Below are positions 50,890-61,476 of a stretch of DNA of 64,000 bases, piece after piece (within the stretch, counting starts at the first letter, position 1; each line of letters begins with the position of its first letter). The translations under genes and the position numbers were made by a program. The notes under the pieces were generated by a model. It was given only the letters and a program-made list of their open reading frames with translations, made no database searches and had not been told where the DNA came from. The stretch is from a virus: IMG/VR virus record IMGVR_UViG_3300047333_000104, positions 3,649-67,648 of that record. One strand, written 5' to 3'.

Positions 50890-52689
50890 ATGAGCACCTA
50901 CCTCCGTCCTACGCCGAACACTAGCCTCAAATCCTCATCTCTGTCGGCTTATGCGACAGGGGTCGTGGTCAACGCGCGCTATGCACTCGACGCCTGGGCG
51001 ATCTCAGGATCGGCGATGGTGCAGACGCCAGTATCAGGTGCGGTCGGTGCGTCTGGCATCGGCAGTCTCGTCTCGTGCTCGGATGGCGCGTCGGGTGAAT
51101 GGATCGCTCAAATCGCCGGCTCGGTGGTCCGTTACGCTTCGGGCGGCGCGGTGACGGCATATTCGATGCCGACGTCCGCCGCGCTTACCGGGGCCGCTTA
51201 CAGCGCTACTCAAAGCGCCCCCTATTTTCTCAGCGCGAACGGAGCGCTCTCGACGATCTCGGGCGCTGTATCGGCCGCCGTAGGGAGCGGCTTCGGTGCG
51301 TCGGGCTTTGCGCTTGCCACCTCAGGGTCCACCCTATTCGCGCTGCTCCCTGGCACGCCCGCGCTCGGAACGTTCTTGTTCGCTACGGCGACGACGGGTA
51401 CGAGCGGTTCGATCGCGGCTCCTATCAGCGCGCCGTCCTGTCTGGCGGCAATCTCCGGTTTCGTCGCGGTTGGCGGCTGGAACTATGCCGGTCTCGGCTC
51501 CGGCTTCACCAGCATGGCGATTAGTCCGGCTACGTTTTCCTCCTTGATCGGCGCAACTCCTTCAACGGGCCGCGTAAGCGCGTGGGGCGTCACGACGGGT
51601 AATACGTGGGCGCTTACAAGCGTCGCTTCCGGTCTTGGCGCACCTAACTATGTCGCCTGGATGCCGAGCGGCCTCTACGCCCTAGCCTCCGACCCGACGA
51701 ATGGCACGCTCTATAATTTCTCCTATTCACTCGGGACGCTGACGCAGATCCAATCTTTGGCTATCGCGGGCGCCGGCCCCGTGGCGATGCTTCCCGACAA
51801 CATCCACGGGTTGCTATGCAGGACCGCGGCCAACCAAGCATTGGCGTTGACTTACGCCGGCAGCGCAGTGTCTTCCGGTACCGGGTTCGCGATCACGGCG
51901 CCTACCTCGATCGCTTATGCAGGAACGTCGGGCCAAATTCTAATCGGGTGCGCTTCGGGACTGGCTCTCGCCACTATCAATGTGAGCGGAGTCTGGTCCG
52001 TGACGGCCACCGGGTCGGTCGGCTTCACGCCGTCGTCGCTGTTCGTGGATGCGTCCGGCAACGCCTACTGCGCTGCCACGTCGGGGGCTTCCGGGCTTTA
52101 TGCCATCGCGACGTCGGGTCTCGCTCTGGTCGGCTCTGGGTCATTCGCGGGGTCGGCGGTGGGTATCGTTTACCAGCAAGGTCAAACCCTCGTAGCCGAC
52201 GGCGTCAACGCGGTCGTGCGGGGCTTCGGCCCCCGAGGGTCGGTCTACAGTCAATACGCTTCCGCTGCTGCGCCTGCCGGCCTCGCCTCGATCGTGCTGA
52301 ATGCTTTCGAAGGATCGGAGCAAGACATTTTTGCCTCCGGTACCTCGACGACCTACCAGCTTAGCCTCACCGCCCCCTATTACGCAGATCGCGTTCGACA
52401 AGGGGCGGTATCCGTCTACGCATCGGGCGCCTGGACGAATTATGTGCTGCCGGTCGATATCCTTCCCGAGGCAATTGCCTGGAACCCGTCAGGCAATTTG
52501 TCCGTCTATATGCTGACCAACACGCTCTATACCTTTTCATCGGGCTTGGCGCTCATCAGCTCCGGGACAGTCTTGCAACAGCCGAGTATCGCGCAGACGA
52601 CACCGATCGGCGTCTCCAACCTTCTGTGGCAGAACGGTTCGCTTTACGGCTCGACAGGGCTCAATGACTCGTTGGTGCAAATCCAATGA
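50890..52689 (+). CDS. Ser/Gly/Ala-rich beta-propeller-like tail/baseplate protein
   Basis: 599 aa, 28 SG dipeptides, repeated P..(I/V)A blade motifs. Confidence 0.65.
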   Translation: MSTYLRPTPNTSLKSSSLSAYATGVVVNARYALDAWAISGSAMVQTPVSGAVGASGIGSLVSCSDGASGEWIAQIAGSVVRYASGGAVTAYSMPTSAALTGAAYSATQSAPYFLSANGALSTISGAVSAAVGSGFGASGFALATSGSTLFALLPGTPALGTFLFATATTGTSGSIAAPISAPSCLAAISGFVAVGGWNYAGLGSGFTSMAISPATFSSLIGATPSTGRVSAWGVTTGNTWALTSVASGLGAPNYVAWMPSGLYALASDPTNGTLYNFSYSLGTLTQIQSLAIAGAGPVAMLPDNIHGLLCRTAANQALALTYAGSAVSSGTGFAITAPTSIAYAGTSGQILIGCASGLALATINVSGVWSVTATGSVGFTPSSLFVDASGNAYCAATSGASGLYAIATSGLALVGSGSFAGSAVGIVYQQGQTLVADGVNAVVRGFGPRGSVYSQYASAAAPAGLASIVLNAFEGSEQDIFASGTSTTYQLSLTAPYYADRVRQGAVSVYASGAWTNYVLPVDILPEAIAWNPSGNLSVYMLTNTLYTFSSGLALISSGTVLQQPSIAQTTPIGVSNLLWQNGSLYGSTGLNDSLVQIQ

Positions 52690-53420
52690 CGACCACCAGC
52701 AGCTTCCAGTCCTTCTCGACCCGCCCCGTGCTCAATACGCGGCTGGCTCTCTACGCCCTGTCGATCCGGTCGCCGGGCGGCGCCGCCTATCAAACCTATA
52801 CCTTTCCGATCTCCCCAGCGTCATTGGTCAAGGAGTATTCCGCCCTCACGAACTCGTTTGACGTGGCCGGCACGCCGCAGCAGAACGGTGTTCAGCGGAC
52901 AATTGATACTTACGGAATCACTCCGGTTTCGTACCACCTCGACGGAACGACGGGTTGGCAACAGCATTCGACGGATGGCTTCGTCGCGACGGGCATCGAG
53001 TCGATCCTCCAGCTCGAACAGATGCTTGCGCTTTATGCTCAGTTAAACGCAACTGCCGTCGCCGGTAATCAGCCGCTCTACACGCTGGAGTTCTTCGATT
53101 ACTTCCTGAACGATTTCTGGCAGATCGAACCGATGGGGCGCCAAGAGTTCCGTCAGTCTCGCGAGCGGCCGCTGGTCGTGAATTACTCGCTGCACTGGCA
53201 GGGAGTTCGCGACCTATCCGCGCCCGCCGGCCCGTCCTCGACGACTACGCTATTTGATTCGAGTTCAAGCAGCGTAGGCACCACTGCGGCCGCAACATCC
53301 TTCCTCGAGACCGGATACGCTGATAACACGCCGGGTGCGCAGGCGCTCCAAACCACCTATGGCGTCCCGAGTAGCCAAGCGGTGTCTGCCGGCGCATTTA
53401 CAGGAGCGGCGACCGGATGA
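52686..53420 (+). CDS. Tail tube initiator-like baseplate protein
   Basis: YTFPISP, ID.YG......L.GTTG, LEFFD, RPL..NY.L; SPO1/Twort-type order. Confidence 0.7.
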   Translation: MTTTSSFQSFSTRPVLNTRLALYALSIRSPGGAAYQTYTFPISPASLVKEYSALTNSFDVAGTPQQNGVQRTIDTYGITPVSYHLDGTTGWQQHSTDGFVATGIESILQLEQMLALYAQLNATAVAGNQPLYTLEFFDYFLNDFWQIEPMGRQEFRQSRERPLVVNYSLHWQGVRDLSAPAGPSSTTTLFDSSSSSVGTTAAATSFLETGYADNTPGAQALQTTYGVPSSQAVSAGAFTGAATG

Positions 53421-54868
53421 CCACCCCCATCTTCTCAGGATACTCCGGAGCCGTGTGGCAGTCGGTCTATGCGAGCATTTGCTACTACCAGGCTCAGTTG
53501 ACCGCTCCTCAAGCCTCAGCCAATCCCGCGTCCGTCATAAGCCTGTCGGAAGTCATGCTCCAGACTTTGCTCAACGCGGACGATGCGATCGTCGCCAGCG
53601 CGATGGCGGCCGCTTGGGCAGTTGAATCCACCCATCTCACTACCGTCTCGACTTTCCCTCTTGGCTCGATCTCGCCAGTCAACGCCTCTTTCTTCAACAA
53701 CCGTCTGGCCTCCTACGACGCAGCTACCCCGGCACTCACGGCCATCGTCCCAGCCACGAGTTCGTTCTTGAACCCGTTCCAGGGGATAGCTAACGGAATC
53801 CCCGCCATCCCGCCGTGCAATCTTCTCGGCTTCTTCGCGGCGTTTAATTACGAAACCCCGCCGGTCGGTCTGAACGCGGCGAACTTCGCGGCGCAGGCGC
53901 AGGGCGTGGCGAGCGCGTTCGCTGCGGTAGCGGTCGCCGTCCAAATTTTCCAAGGAGTGTTCCCTACCCAGGCGTACGATACCGTTACGCAGGAGGAGAA
54001 TGTCGCTAATGCCGCAGCTTACTTGATCTCGTCGTTTACGTCGGGGACGGTAGCTTCGGGTTCTGCGTCTGCGTGGAACCAGATCGTCGCCCTGCCCGCC
54101 ATGACCATGTCCGCCGATATCATAACCGGCGCCCCCGTAGCGGCATCGGCGCAGCAGCAAGCCACGATTCGTTACGCGATGCTCTCCCTGGCCGCTCAGA
54201 TAGCCGAGTTTCTCGCTACGGCCGCAATCCCGACTACAGGCCAAGTCAACACGGCCACACTCATGGTTGGACAGAACCTGCTCGACGTGGCGGCGCAGGC
54301 GCTCGGAAATTACGAACTGTGGCCGGAGATCGCGGCCCTCAATAACCTCCTCCCCCCCTACGTCGGGGCAGTGGCGGCCCCGGGGATCGCCGCGTGGGGA
54401 ACGCAGCTCCTCCTGCCGTCTCCCGGAACGCAGATGGCCGCCAATGGCGTTACGATCTCGTACGACAACAACGTGCTGGGAACCGATCTTTACGTCGGCC
54501 CGATCAACGGTGACATGCCGGCCTGGGAGGGGGACTTCCAGTCGATAACTGGCTATTCGAATCTCGCGTGGGCGCTCGGTCGGCGGTTGCAGACCGCTCT
54601 CGGGTCTTTAGTGTTCCATCCGGACTACGGCAGCCGAATCCCGCCAGAGGTAGGAATGGTGCTGGACGACTCGACGGCGGGGCATATCGCGGCGTACGGT
54701 AAATCGGCGCTGCTGAATGACCCCCGGGTACAAAGCGTTACCTCCGCCTTGTCCAATTTGATCGCGAACCAAGGCGTTTCTTTTAGCGCGACGGTCCAAC
54801 CGATCGGTATTGGTTCTACCCCCACGCAGGTAAATCAGGTTATCGTTTCGCCGAATCAGCAAGGATAG
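53417..54868 (+). CDS. Baseplate wedge protein with LysM-like and gp25-like domains
   Basis: L.D.AAQ.LG....W.EIA.LNNL; G..NL..AL..RL.T..GSL..HPDYGS, L..DPRV. Confidence 0.8.
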   Translation: MTTPIFSGYSGAVWQSVYASICYYQAQLTAPQASANPASVISLSEVMLQTLLNADDAIVASAMAAAWAVESTHLTTVSTFPLGSISPVNASFFNNRLASYDAATPALTAIVPATSSFLNPFQGIANGIPAIPPCNLLGFFAAFNYETPPVGLNAANFAAQAQGVASAFAAVAVAVQIFQGVFPTQAYDTVTQEENVANAAAYLISSFTSGTVASGSASAWNQIVALPAMTMSADIITGAPVAASAQQQATIRYAMLSLAAQIAEFLATAAIPTTGQVNTATLMVGQNLLDVAAQALGNYELWPEIAALNNLLPPYVGAVAAPGIAAWGTQLLLPSPGTQMAANGVTISYDNNVLGTDLYVGPINGDMPAWEGDFQSITGYSNLAWALGRRLQTALGSLVFHPDYGSRIPPEVGMVLDDSTAGHIAAYGKSALLNDPRVQSVTSALSNLIANQGVSFSATVQPIGIGSTPTQVNQVIVSPNQQG

Positions 54869-54871
54869 GCC

Positions 54872-56035
54872 ATGGCCCTCGAACCGACTGTCGCCGCCCC
54901 TCCCTCCACTCAAACCGTGGCATCGCAGTTCTTGGCGAGCATGGCGGCGCTGTCCGGGGTTTTGACCGACTACAATTCCGGATCGCAGGTTCGCACGATC
55001 GCCGAGAGCCTAGGTTCGGTGGTGGAGCAGCAGAGCATCTGGACGCAGGCGGAGGCGTTTCAAGCGCTCGCCTACGGCGCCATGACGGTTCTGGGGATAA
55101 CCCCGTACGCGGCGTTCCCTTCGGTCGGACAGCTTACCTTCGCCACGGCACCCGGCAGCCCGTACCCGACTGCGACCCAGAACGTCAACATCCCCGCCGG
55201 CACCCTTGCGCAGACGACGGGCGGCGTGCAGTTCGTCACGACCGCTAACGCGGTTCTCGCGAGCGGCACGACCAGTATCGTTATCCCGGCGACAGCGGTG
55301 CTGGGCGGGGTCGCAGGAAACGTTCCGGCCGGCGCGGTTACTCAGATCGTCACGGGGCTTCTCTACCCCCTATTCGTCACCAACGCGGCAGCTTTCACAG
55401 GGGGTACGAACGCGGAGCAGCTGGCCGCCACCTTGGCGAGGTTCTCCTCGGCGGTAGCGGCGATCGGTTTGGCCTCTCCCGTCGCCATCGCGAATGCGGC
55501 GATCGGTGTGACGAACCCGGCGACGAGTGAGGAGGTGCTTTTTAGCACCCTGTACGAACCCTTCGTGGCGGCGGGAAGCGGCGCGGGGTCGGGTGTCGCG
55601 GGTTGGACGCTCTATATCGATAACGGCACTGGCGCCGCCAGCTCAGGTCTCATCAACAACGTTATCAGCAAGTTGAACGGTAACGCCGCTTCAGGGCAAG
55701 TTGGATACCGAGATGCGGGCGTGCCCTACATCGTGTCCGGAGTAACCCCCACCTATGCCGTCGTCGGCGTATCGGGGACAGCGTCGAGCCTGACGACCGA
55801 CGCCGCGTTGCAAACCCTGATCAACCAGGCGGTCAGTGGGTACTTCATGCTGCCCTTTGGAGCGTCGGCGCAGCAGGCAGTGCTCGCGCAGAATGTCGGA
55901 AATGCGGTCCTCGGCTTAATGACCTCGCTGACGGTATCACTGTACGCTTCCGGGTCCGGGTCTCCGCTCACAGCTTTGACGCCAGCCGTGACTGGCCGAG
56001 TGGTGCTCGGGCAGATCAACTATGCGCTGAATTAG
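54872..56035 (+). CDS. Baseplate J-like protein
   Basis: LTDYN.GS..RT..E, IPAGT..QT..GV.F.TT, A...G..GNV..GA.T, N..AF.GG...E. Confidence 0.88.
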   Translation: MALEPTVAAPPSTQTVASQFLASMAALSGVLTDYNSGSQVRTIAESLGSVVEQQSIWTQAEAFQALAYGAMTVLGITPYAAFPSVGQLTFATAPGSPYPTATQNVNIPAGTLAQTTGGVQFVTTANAVLASGTTSIVIPATAVLGGVAGNVPAGAVTQIVTGLLYPLFVTNAAAFTGGTNAEQLAATLARFSSAVAAIGLASPVAIANAAIGVTNPATSEEVLFSTLYEPFVAAGSGAGSGVAGWTLYIDNGTGAASSGLINNVISKLNGNAASGQVGYRDAGVPYIVSGVTPTYAVVGVSGTASSLTTDAALQTLINQAVSGYFMLPFGASAQQAVLAQNVGNAVLGLMTSLTVSLYASGSGSPLTALTPAVTGRVVLGQINYALN

Positions 56036-56037
56036 CC

Positions 56038-56679
56038 ATGGATTTTCCGACCGTCCAAGCCTCGCTCAACGACCTTCCTCCGACATTCAAGCGGTCGAAC
56101 GCGCCATTCCTCCAGGTCGTCGATTCCGAGTCCGCGGCGTTATCGCGGCTGACAATGGCGGCCGACACCATACTGAGTATGGTGAGGAACATATCGAACG
56201 CGCAGTATGGCTGGCTTGACTTTTGGGGCCTGTTGTTCGGCATTGCGCGCAACAATAACGAATCCGACGCGACGTATCTCGCCCGCACTCTTTTCACCCT
56301 CCAGAACGGGGCCGGGCCGCCGCTCGCGATCGTTAATTGGATTCAACTCGTCTGGGGCGTCACGGCCACTTTTGCGGAGAACTTTCCCGCCCTTGGATAT
56401 AGCCTCTCTTTTCCGCCGGCCATCACGCCTGCCCAGCTTCAAGTGATCGTCCAGGGGCTCGTCCGCGTGCGTCCAGCCGGCGTCCCTTTCGCTACATACT
56501 CGGCCAGCGCGGGGCCGTACTTGGATACCGTTAATTTTCTCGACTGTCCGCGCATCTCCGGCGCATATGTCGGCGGGGGCGGAGCAACGCGGGTTTTTGT
56601 AACGCAATCCGCCGCCACTCCGAACAGCACGCCCGGATTGCCGACGCTATTCATGACTGACCCGACGTTGAACGCCTAG
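56038..56679 (+). CDS. Baseplate wedge I-like protein
   Basis: WLD.WG.LFGI.R...ESDA.Y..R, ...VRPAGV. Confidence 0.8.
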   Translation: MDFPTVQASLNDLPPTFKRSNAPFLQVVDSESAALSRLTMAADTILSMVRNISNAQYGWLDFWGLLFGIARNNNESDATYLARTLFTLQNGAGPPLAIVNWIQLVWGVTATFAENFPALGYSLSFPPAITPAQLQVIVQGLVRVRPAGVPFATYSASAGPYLDTVNFLDCPRISGAYVGGGGATRVFVTQSAATPNSTPGLPTLFMTDPTLNA

Positions 56680-56750
56680 TCCGCCTGCAACTAGCGCAAA
56701 ACCGGCGCTTGCCTTACACTCACGCGTAGATACCCTCTAGGAACCCGTGG

Positions 56751-57824
56751 ATGCCCCAAAACCCAAATTACACGGCGTACGAGTTTTTGAGCGCGGCAGC
56801 GCTGAACGCTGCGGCGGGTGTCGTATCTGGGTCTCTTGCGCAAATCGTTTCGGGCGTCTCAGCGCCCGGTCTCGTTCACCCAGAAGTTGTCGGGTTAACG
56901 GCAAGCGGTCTCGTCGTTACGGTAACCGCGCCGCTGCCATTCCAAACGCTTTTCGGTTCCGGCGTCCTGGCTTCCGCGTCTGGCGTAACGACGGGCGTAA
57001 CGTCGTCAACCTACTCCGTCAATTTCTCGGGCGTCGTGCCAGTCTCGGGCGCCGCAGTAACCGCATACCTCCTCGCGTCCTACGCCTCGATATTGGAAGG
57101 CGCGTACCAGGTTGTCGGCCCCCCGCAAGGCCACCCCGACTACAATCCTCTCTTCGTGCCTGCGACGGCCTATGCTTCCCAGCTTGACACGATCGCGTTG
57201 GCAGCCTCCCTGACGGCGCCGGACAACGTTACGACGTTCGAACTCGCGCGCTGCACGCTCGCATCCGGCGCGACGGGCGTAGGCAGTCTCAGCACGGCGT
57301 ACCAGCAGCGGGCTTCCGCCCTGCCGGCGACTCAGGGGTTGCAAGTCTCGGGCGCGATCACGCTCACGCCCGCCGCGCACGGCGGCAAGACGCTAGTGTT
57401 CGTCGGCAGCGGTACGGCAACCCTGTGGCCAGCGGCGTCCGGTAACGGGCTCGGCGTGACTTTTGTCTCGACGACCAGCGGCACGGTTGCGGTTCAGACG
57501 ACCGGTGCGGACCTCATTTATGGGTCGGCTAGCTATGGCGGCTCGGGCGGCGTATCGGGGATCACCGTTGCGCAAGGATCTCAGATCGAGTTGGGGTCGC
57601 TGTACGGGATCTGGCAGACGCAGAGTCTCTCCCCAAACGCCAAAGGCAGCGTTACGCCCTCCTCGAACCAGACATATGTGGCGGCGGTGTCAGGGGCGGT
57701 AGTCTCAGGGAATTATGCGATCTTTAACGACACCACCGGAACCGTCGAGGATAGTGGAACCTCCCCGGCGACGGTTAACTCCACAGGGTCCGCCGCCCTA
57801 TATCAACTCGGATATCTTCTCTAG
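56751..57824 (+). CDS. Tail fibre/baseplate protein, SG-rich
   Basis: 17 SG in 357 aa; position after wedge genes. Confidence 0.7.
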   Translation: MPQNPNYTAYEFLSAAALNAAAGVVSGSLAQIVSGVSAPGLVHPEVVGLTASGLVVTVTAPLPFQTLFGSGVLASASGVTTGVTSSTYSVNFSGVVPVSGAAVTAYLLASYASILEGAYQVVGPPQGHPDYNPLFVPATAYASQLDTIALAASLTAPDNVTTFELARCTLASGATGVGSLSTAYQQRASALPATQGLQVSGAITLTPAAHGGKTLVFVGSGTATLWPAASGNGLGVTFVSTTSGTVAVQTTGADLIYGSASYGGSGGVSGITVAQGSQIELGSLYGIWQTQSLSPNAKGSVTPSSNQTYVAAVSGAVVSGNYAIFNDTTGTVEDSGTSPATVNSTGSAALYQLGYLL

Positions 57825-57836
57825 GAGCCCAGAAGC

Positions 57837-58241
57837 ATGGCCACGACTCCCAATTACGCCTCTACACCCACTGTGGGCGTTGCGCTCCTCACCGCTGCGA
57901 ATAGTGGGTCCAGGGCTGCCCCCGCGGCGGGAACGACGATCTTCACTCCCGGCGCGTCTGGTGCGGAGATCGAGCGAATTGTCATTCAACCGGTCGCGAC
58001 GACGATTGCAGGTACGGTGCAGATCTATCGCGTCATCAGCGGCACCTATTACCTGTATGCCGAAGTACAATTGCCGATCCAGACGGCGGCTACCGGAACG
58101 GCGATTGCGAACCAAACCCTCGAAGCGGTCGACAATCCGAACTTGTTCCCAATCGCCATGCCGACAGGTTCGACTCTTTACGGCGTCCTGAGCGTGGCGC
58201 AGACGGGCGTCGTCGTGCAAGTCGAGGGGGGGAGTTACTGA
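57837..58241 (+). CDS. Small tail-fibre-associated protein
   Basis: MAT.PNYA.TP, T.FT.GA.G..IE.I; AGGAG RBS. Confidence 0.7.
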   Translation: MATTPNYASTPTVGVALLTAANSGSRAAPAAGTTIFTPGASGAEIERIVIQPVATTIAGTVQIYRVISGTYYLYAEVQLPIQTAATGTAIANQTLEAVDNPNLFPIAMPTGSTLYGVLSVAQTGVVVQVEGGSY

Positions 58242-58242
58242 T

Positions 58243-59180
<938 letters not shown>

Positions 59181-59184
<4 letters not shown>

Positions 59185-59633
59185 CCAATCTTTATGCTCG
59201 CGTCGTTGATGGCGTCGTTATCGAAGTTTGCGACGGGGAAACCCTCGCTACGCATGTGCCGTCGCTACAAGCGCAATTCCAAGAATGCCCAGACGACGTG
59301 GCGGCAAACTGGACCTTTGTTGCTCCGAGCACTTGGACCGCCCCCGTCGCTCCGACGCCTCCAGCCGCCCGTTATGCAAACCTTACGCCGATCCAATACT
59401 ACAACGCCTTCACCGCGGCAGAGGCGATTGCGATCAAGACTTCGAACGACCCGGTCGTTCAGGAGATCTGGTATCGTCTGCAAACCGCGATCACCGCGTC
59501 CGGTAACGTTCCGATCATCGACCCCAATTCAACGCCAGTCCAGGCGGGGTTAACTTACCTCAGTACCGCATCGCCGACGCCGTATATCCAACCATCACGC
59601 ATTCCGCAAATATGCGCGGGGGTCGCACAATGA
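59181..59633 (+). CDS. Tail fibre assembly-like protein
   Basis: YARVVDG.V.E, ..W.......WT.P, F.A.FT..E; follows Gly-rich fibre gene. Confidence 0.65.
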
Positions 59634-60106
59634 CGCCCGTCGCCCCCGAAGACCGACGCCGACGCAACGCCGACGTACAAGCGGCCCATCTTGAAGGACG
59701 CATGGATATGATCGAGCAACACCTTGAGATGATGGACAAGAAGATCGACGGCGTCGTCTTCAGCATCGACAAGGTGCTCCAGGAGATCAAAGCGACGTCT
59801 GATCGAATGCAGCGGATGGATATCGAAGCCACCGAACGAGACGGCCGCGTGCGTCTTCTTGAGCAACGGATCGGAGACCTTCTGTCACGTCCGGCGCCTG
59901 CGACGACGCAGACTACGACCACGACGACTTCCCCGACTCCGCCCCCGGAAGATGAGTTGGTACGCTACCGTAAGCGCGCGGTTGACGTCTTCGTTATCTC
60001 CATCTGCGTCCTAGGGATTTTCGGCGTCGTGATCTTCATCTCGAACAACATGCTCAACAAGCAAACTGCCGAGACGGCCGGGAAAATCATTGAGCACGTC
60101 CCGTGA
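59630..60106 (+). CDS. Coiled-coil protein with C-terminal TM (lysis-associated candidate)
   Basis: Heptad region, Thr/Pro linker, one TM; ATGA-coupled. Confidence 0.6.
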   Translation: MTPVAPEDRRRRNADVQAAHLEGRMDMIEQHLEMMDKKIDGVVFSIDKVLQEIKATSDRMQRMDIEATERDGRVRLLEQRIGDLLSRPAPATTQTTTTTTSPTPPPEDELVRYRKRAVDVFVISICVLGIFGVVIFISNNMLNKQTAETAGKIIEHVP

Positions 60107-60543
60107 CTCGGCAAGTCAACGCCGCCGGTATTGCGCTAATCCAAGGATTTGAGACCGATCAACCTGTCGGGATGTTACCGACCTCGCGGGACGTCCCGAC
60201 CGCCGGATGGGGGCATACCGGACCGGACGTGAAGCTCGGTGTGGCGTATCCCCTGGCGCAACGGCAAACTTGGTTCGCTCAGGATCTTAAATGGGCCTGC
60301 GATACGGTCGAGGAGCATTGCACAGTGCCGTTGACAGACAACCAATTCGCAGCGCTGGTCAGCATTTGCTTCAACATAGGAGCGGCGAATTTCGACCGAT
60401 CTACACTCTTGAAAGACCTTAACGCCTCTGACACGACGGACGCTGCGGCACAGTTCCTCGTATGGGATAAGCAGAGAGGCGTCAAACTGGCGGGCCTCGA
60501 CCGCCGTCGCGCCGCTGAAAAAGCGCTATTTGAAACACCGTAG
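60103..60543 (+). CDS. Endolysin, GH24 (phage lysozyme)
   Basis: LI..FE, D..T.GWGHTG, LT.NQF.ALVS..FNIG...F..STLL..LN, AA.QF..W, L.GL.RRR.AE..LF. Confidence 0.93.
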   Translation: MTRQVNAAGIALIQGFETDQPVGMLPTSRDVPTAGWGHTGPDVKLGVAYPLAQRQTWFAQDLKWACDTVEEHCTVPLTDNQFAALVSICFNIGAANFDRSTLLKDLNASDTTDAAAQFLVWDKQRGVKLAGLDRRRAAEKALFETP

Positions 60544-60600
60544 CGCTAGACCTCGGCGAACTAGCGTATTACTATCGTCGGGCCTACCAGGAGTCGCATC

Positions 60601-60870
60601 ATGAATCCGACAACCCTCAAGATGGTCTTTTCCGCTCTCGGAGTCGCGTCCCTGTTCGCGCTCGTTTTGATGGGCAAGATGGACGCGATCGAATATACTG
60701 ACCTCGTGGTGGCCGCCATATTTGGCGTTGCGGGACACTCGGCTGGCAAGAACGTCGCGGGCATCCCGATCTCGACCACGCTTGGTTATTCCACTTACGA
60801 GCCGCTTACCTCCGGTGCCACCCCAATACCTGCGCCCGCTACACCTACCGAGGGAGTCACTCAACCATGA
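60601..60870 (+). CDS. Holin candidate (two TM)
   Basis: Two hydrophobic segments; AGGAG RBS; next to endolysin. Confidence 0.6.
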   Translation: MNPTTLKMVFSALGVASLFALVLMGKMDAIEYTDLVVAAIFGVAGHSAGKNVAGIPISTTLGYSTYEPLTSGATPIPAPATPTEGVTQP

Positions 60871-61328
60871 TCAAAGCATTCTTCACTTCGCTGTTTCTCG
60901 TTGGCGTCACGCTCGCGATGTCCGGCTGCGCCGAGATGCAGGCGAGCTGGTCGGGCGTCAACACGGCGACGGCTACGTCGATCAAAGCCACGCAGAAGAA
61001 CCTCCAGGGCTCCAACGACAATATCGCGCAGGCGTGGGCCGACTCCGGGTGCGCGATTCCGTACGGCGAGGTCGTACGCAACGGTTCCGGCAACCCCAAT
61101 CTACCCGCCGCAATCATCACTCTCTGCGGTGCGCCGTCCGGTTTTACGATGATCCATTCGACGCCGACAGCGACGGCCACGACTACCATCCCGACGAACT
61201 CGACCGACGCTCCCGCGGCGCCGGTTCCGTCGAGTTCCGCAGCCCCTCTGAGCACGACGAAGAACACCGCGCAGACTTCGGTGAACGCACTGGCGGCGGA
61301 GATCGCCGCGCTGATGCAGCAGCACTGA
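60867..61328 (+). CDS. Lipoprotein (o-spanin candidate)
   Basis: Lipobox LAMSGC; two further Cys; Pro/Thr linker. Confidence 0.65.
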   Translation: MIKAFFTSLFLVGVTLAMSGCAEMQASWSGVNTATATSIKATQKNLQGSNDNIAQAWADSGCAIPYGEVVRNGSGNPNLPAAIITLCGAPSGFTMIHSTPTATATTTIPTNSTDAPAAPVPSSSAAPLSTTKNTAQTSVNALAAEIAALMQQH

Positions 61329-61329
61329 G

Positions 61330-61476
61330 ATGGCTCGGCGTATCGACCTATCCTTGATCGTCGCTTCTGCGTCGGCAGCGTCAGTCGCCTTCTGTGTTGA
61401 CCCGTTCGCTACCTTATGCACCGCCGCGTCGGTGGGGTTACTGTGGCTACGTCCGAGAGTCCGCAGATGGATTTAG
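61330..61476 (+). CDS. 48-aa hydrophobic peptide
   Basis: ATG after TGA; two short hydrophobic segments, basic tail. Confidence 0.45.
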   Translation: MARRIDLSLIVASASAASVAFCVDPFATLCTAASVGLLWLRPRVRRWI

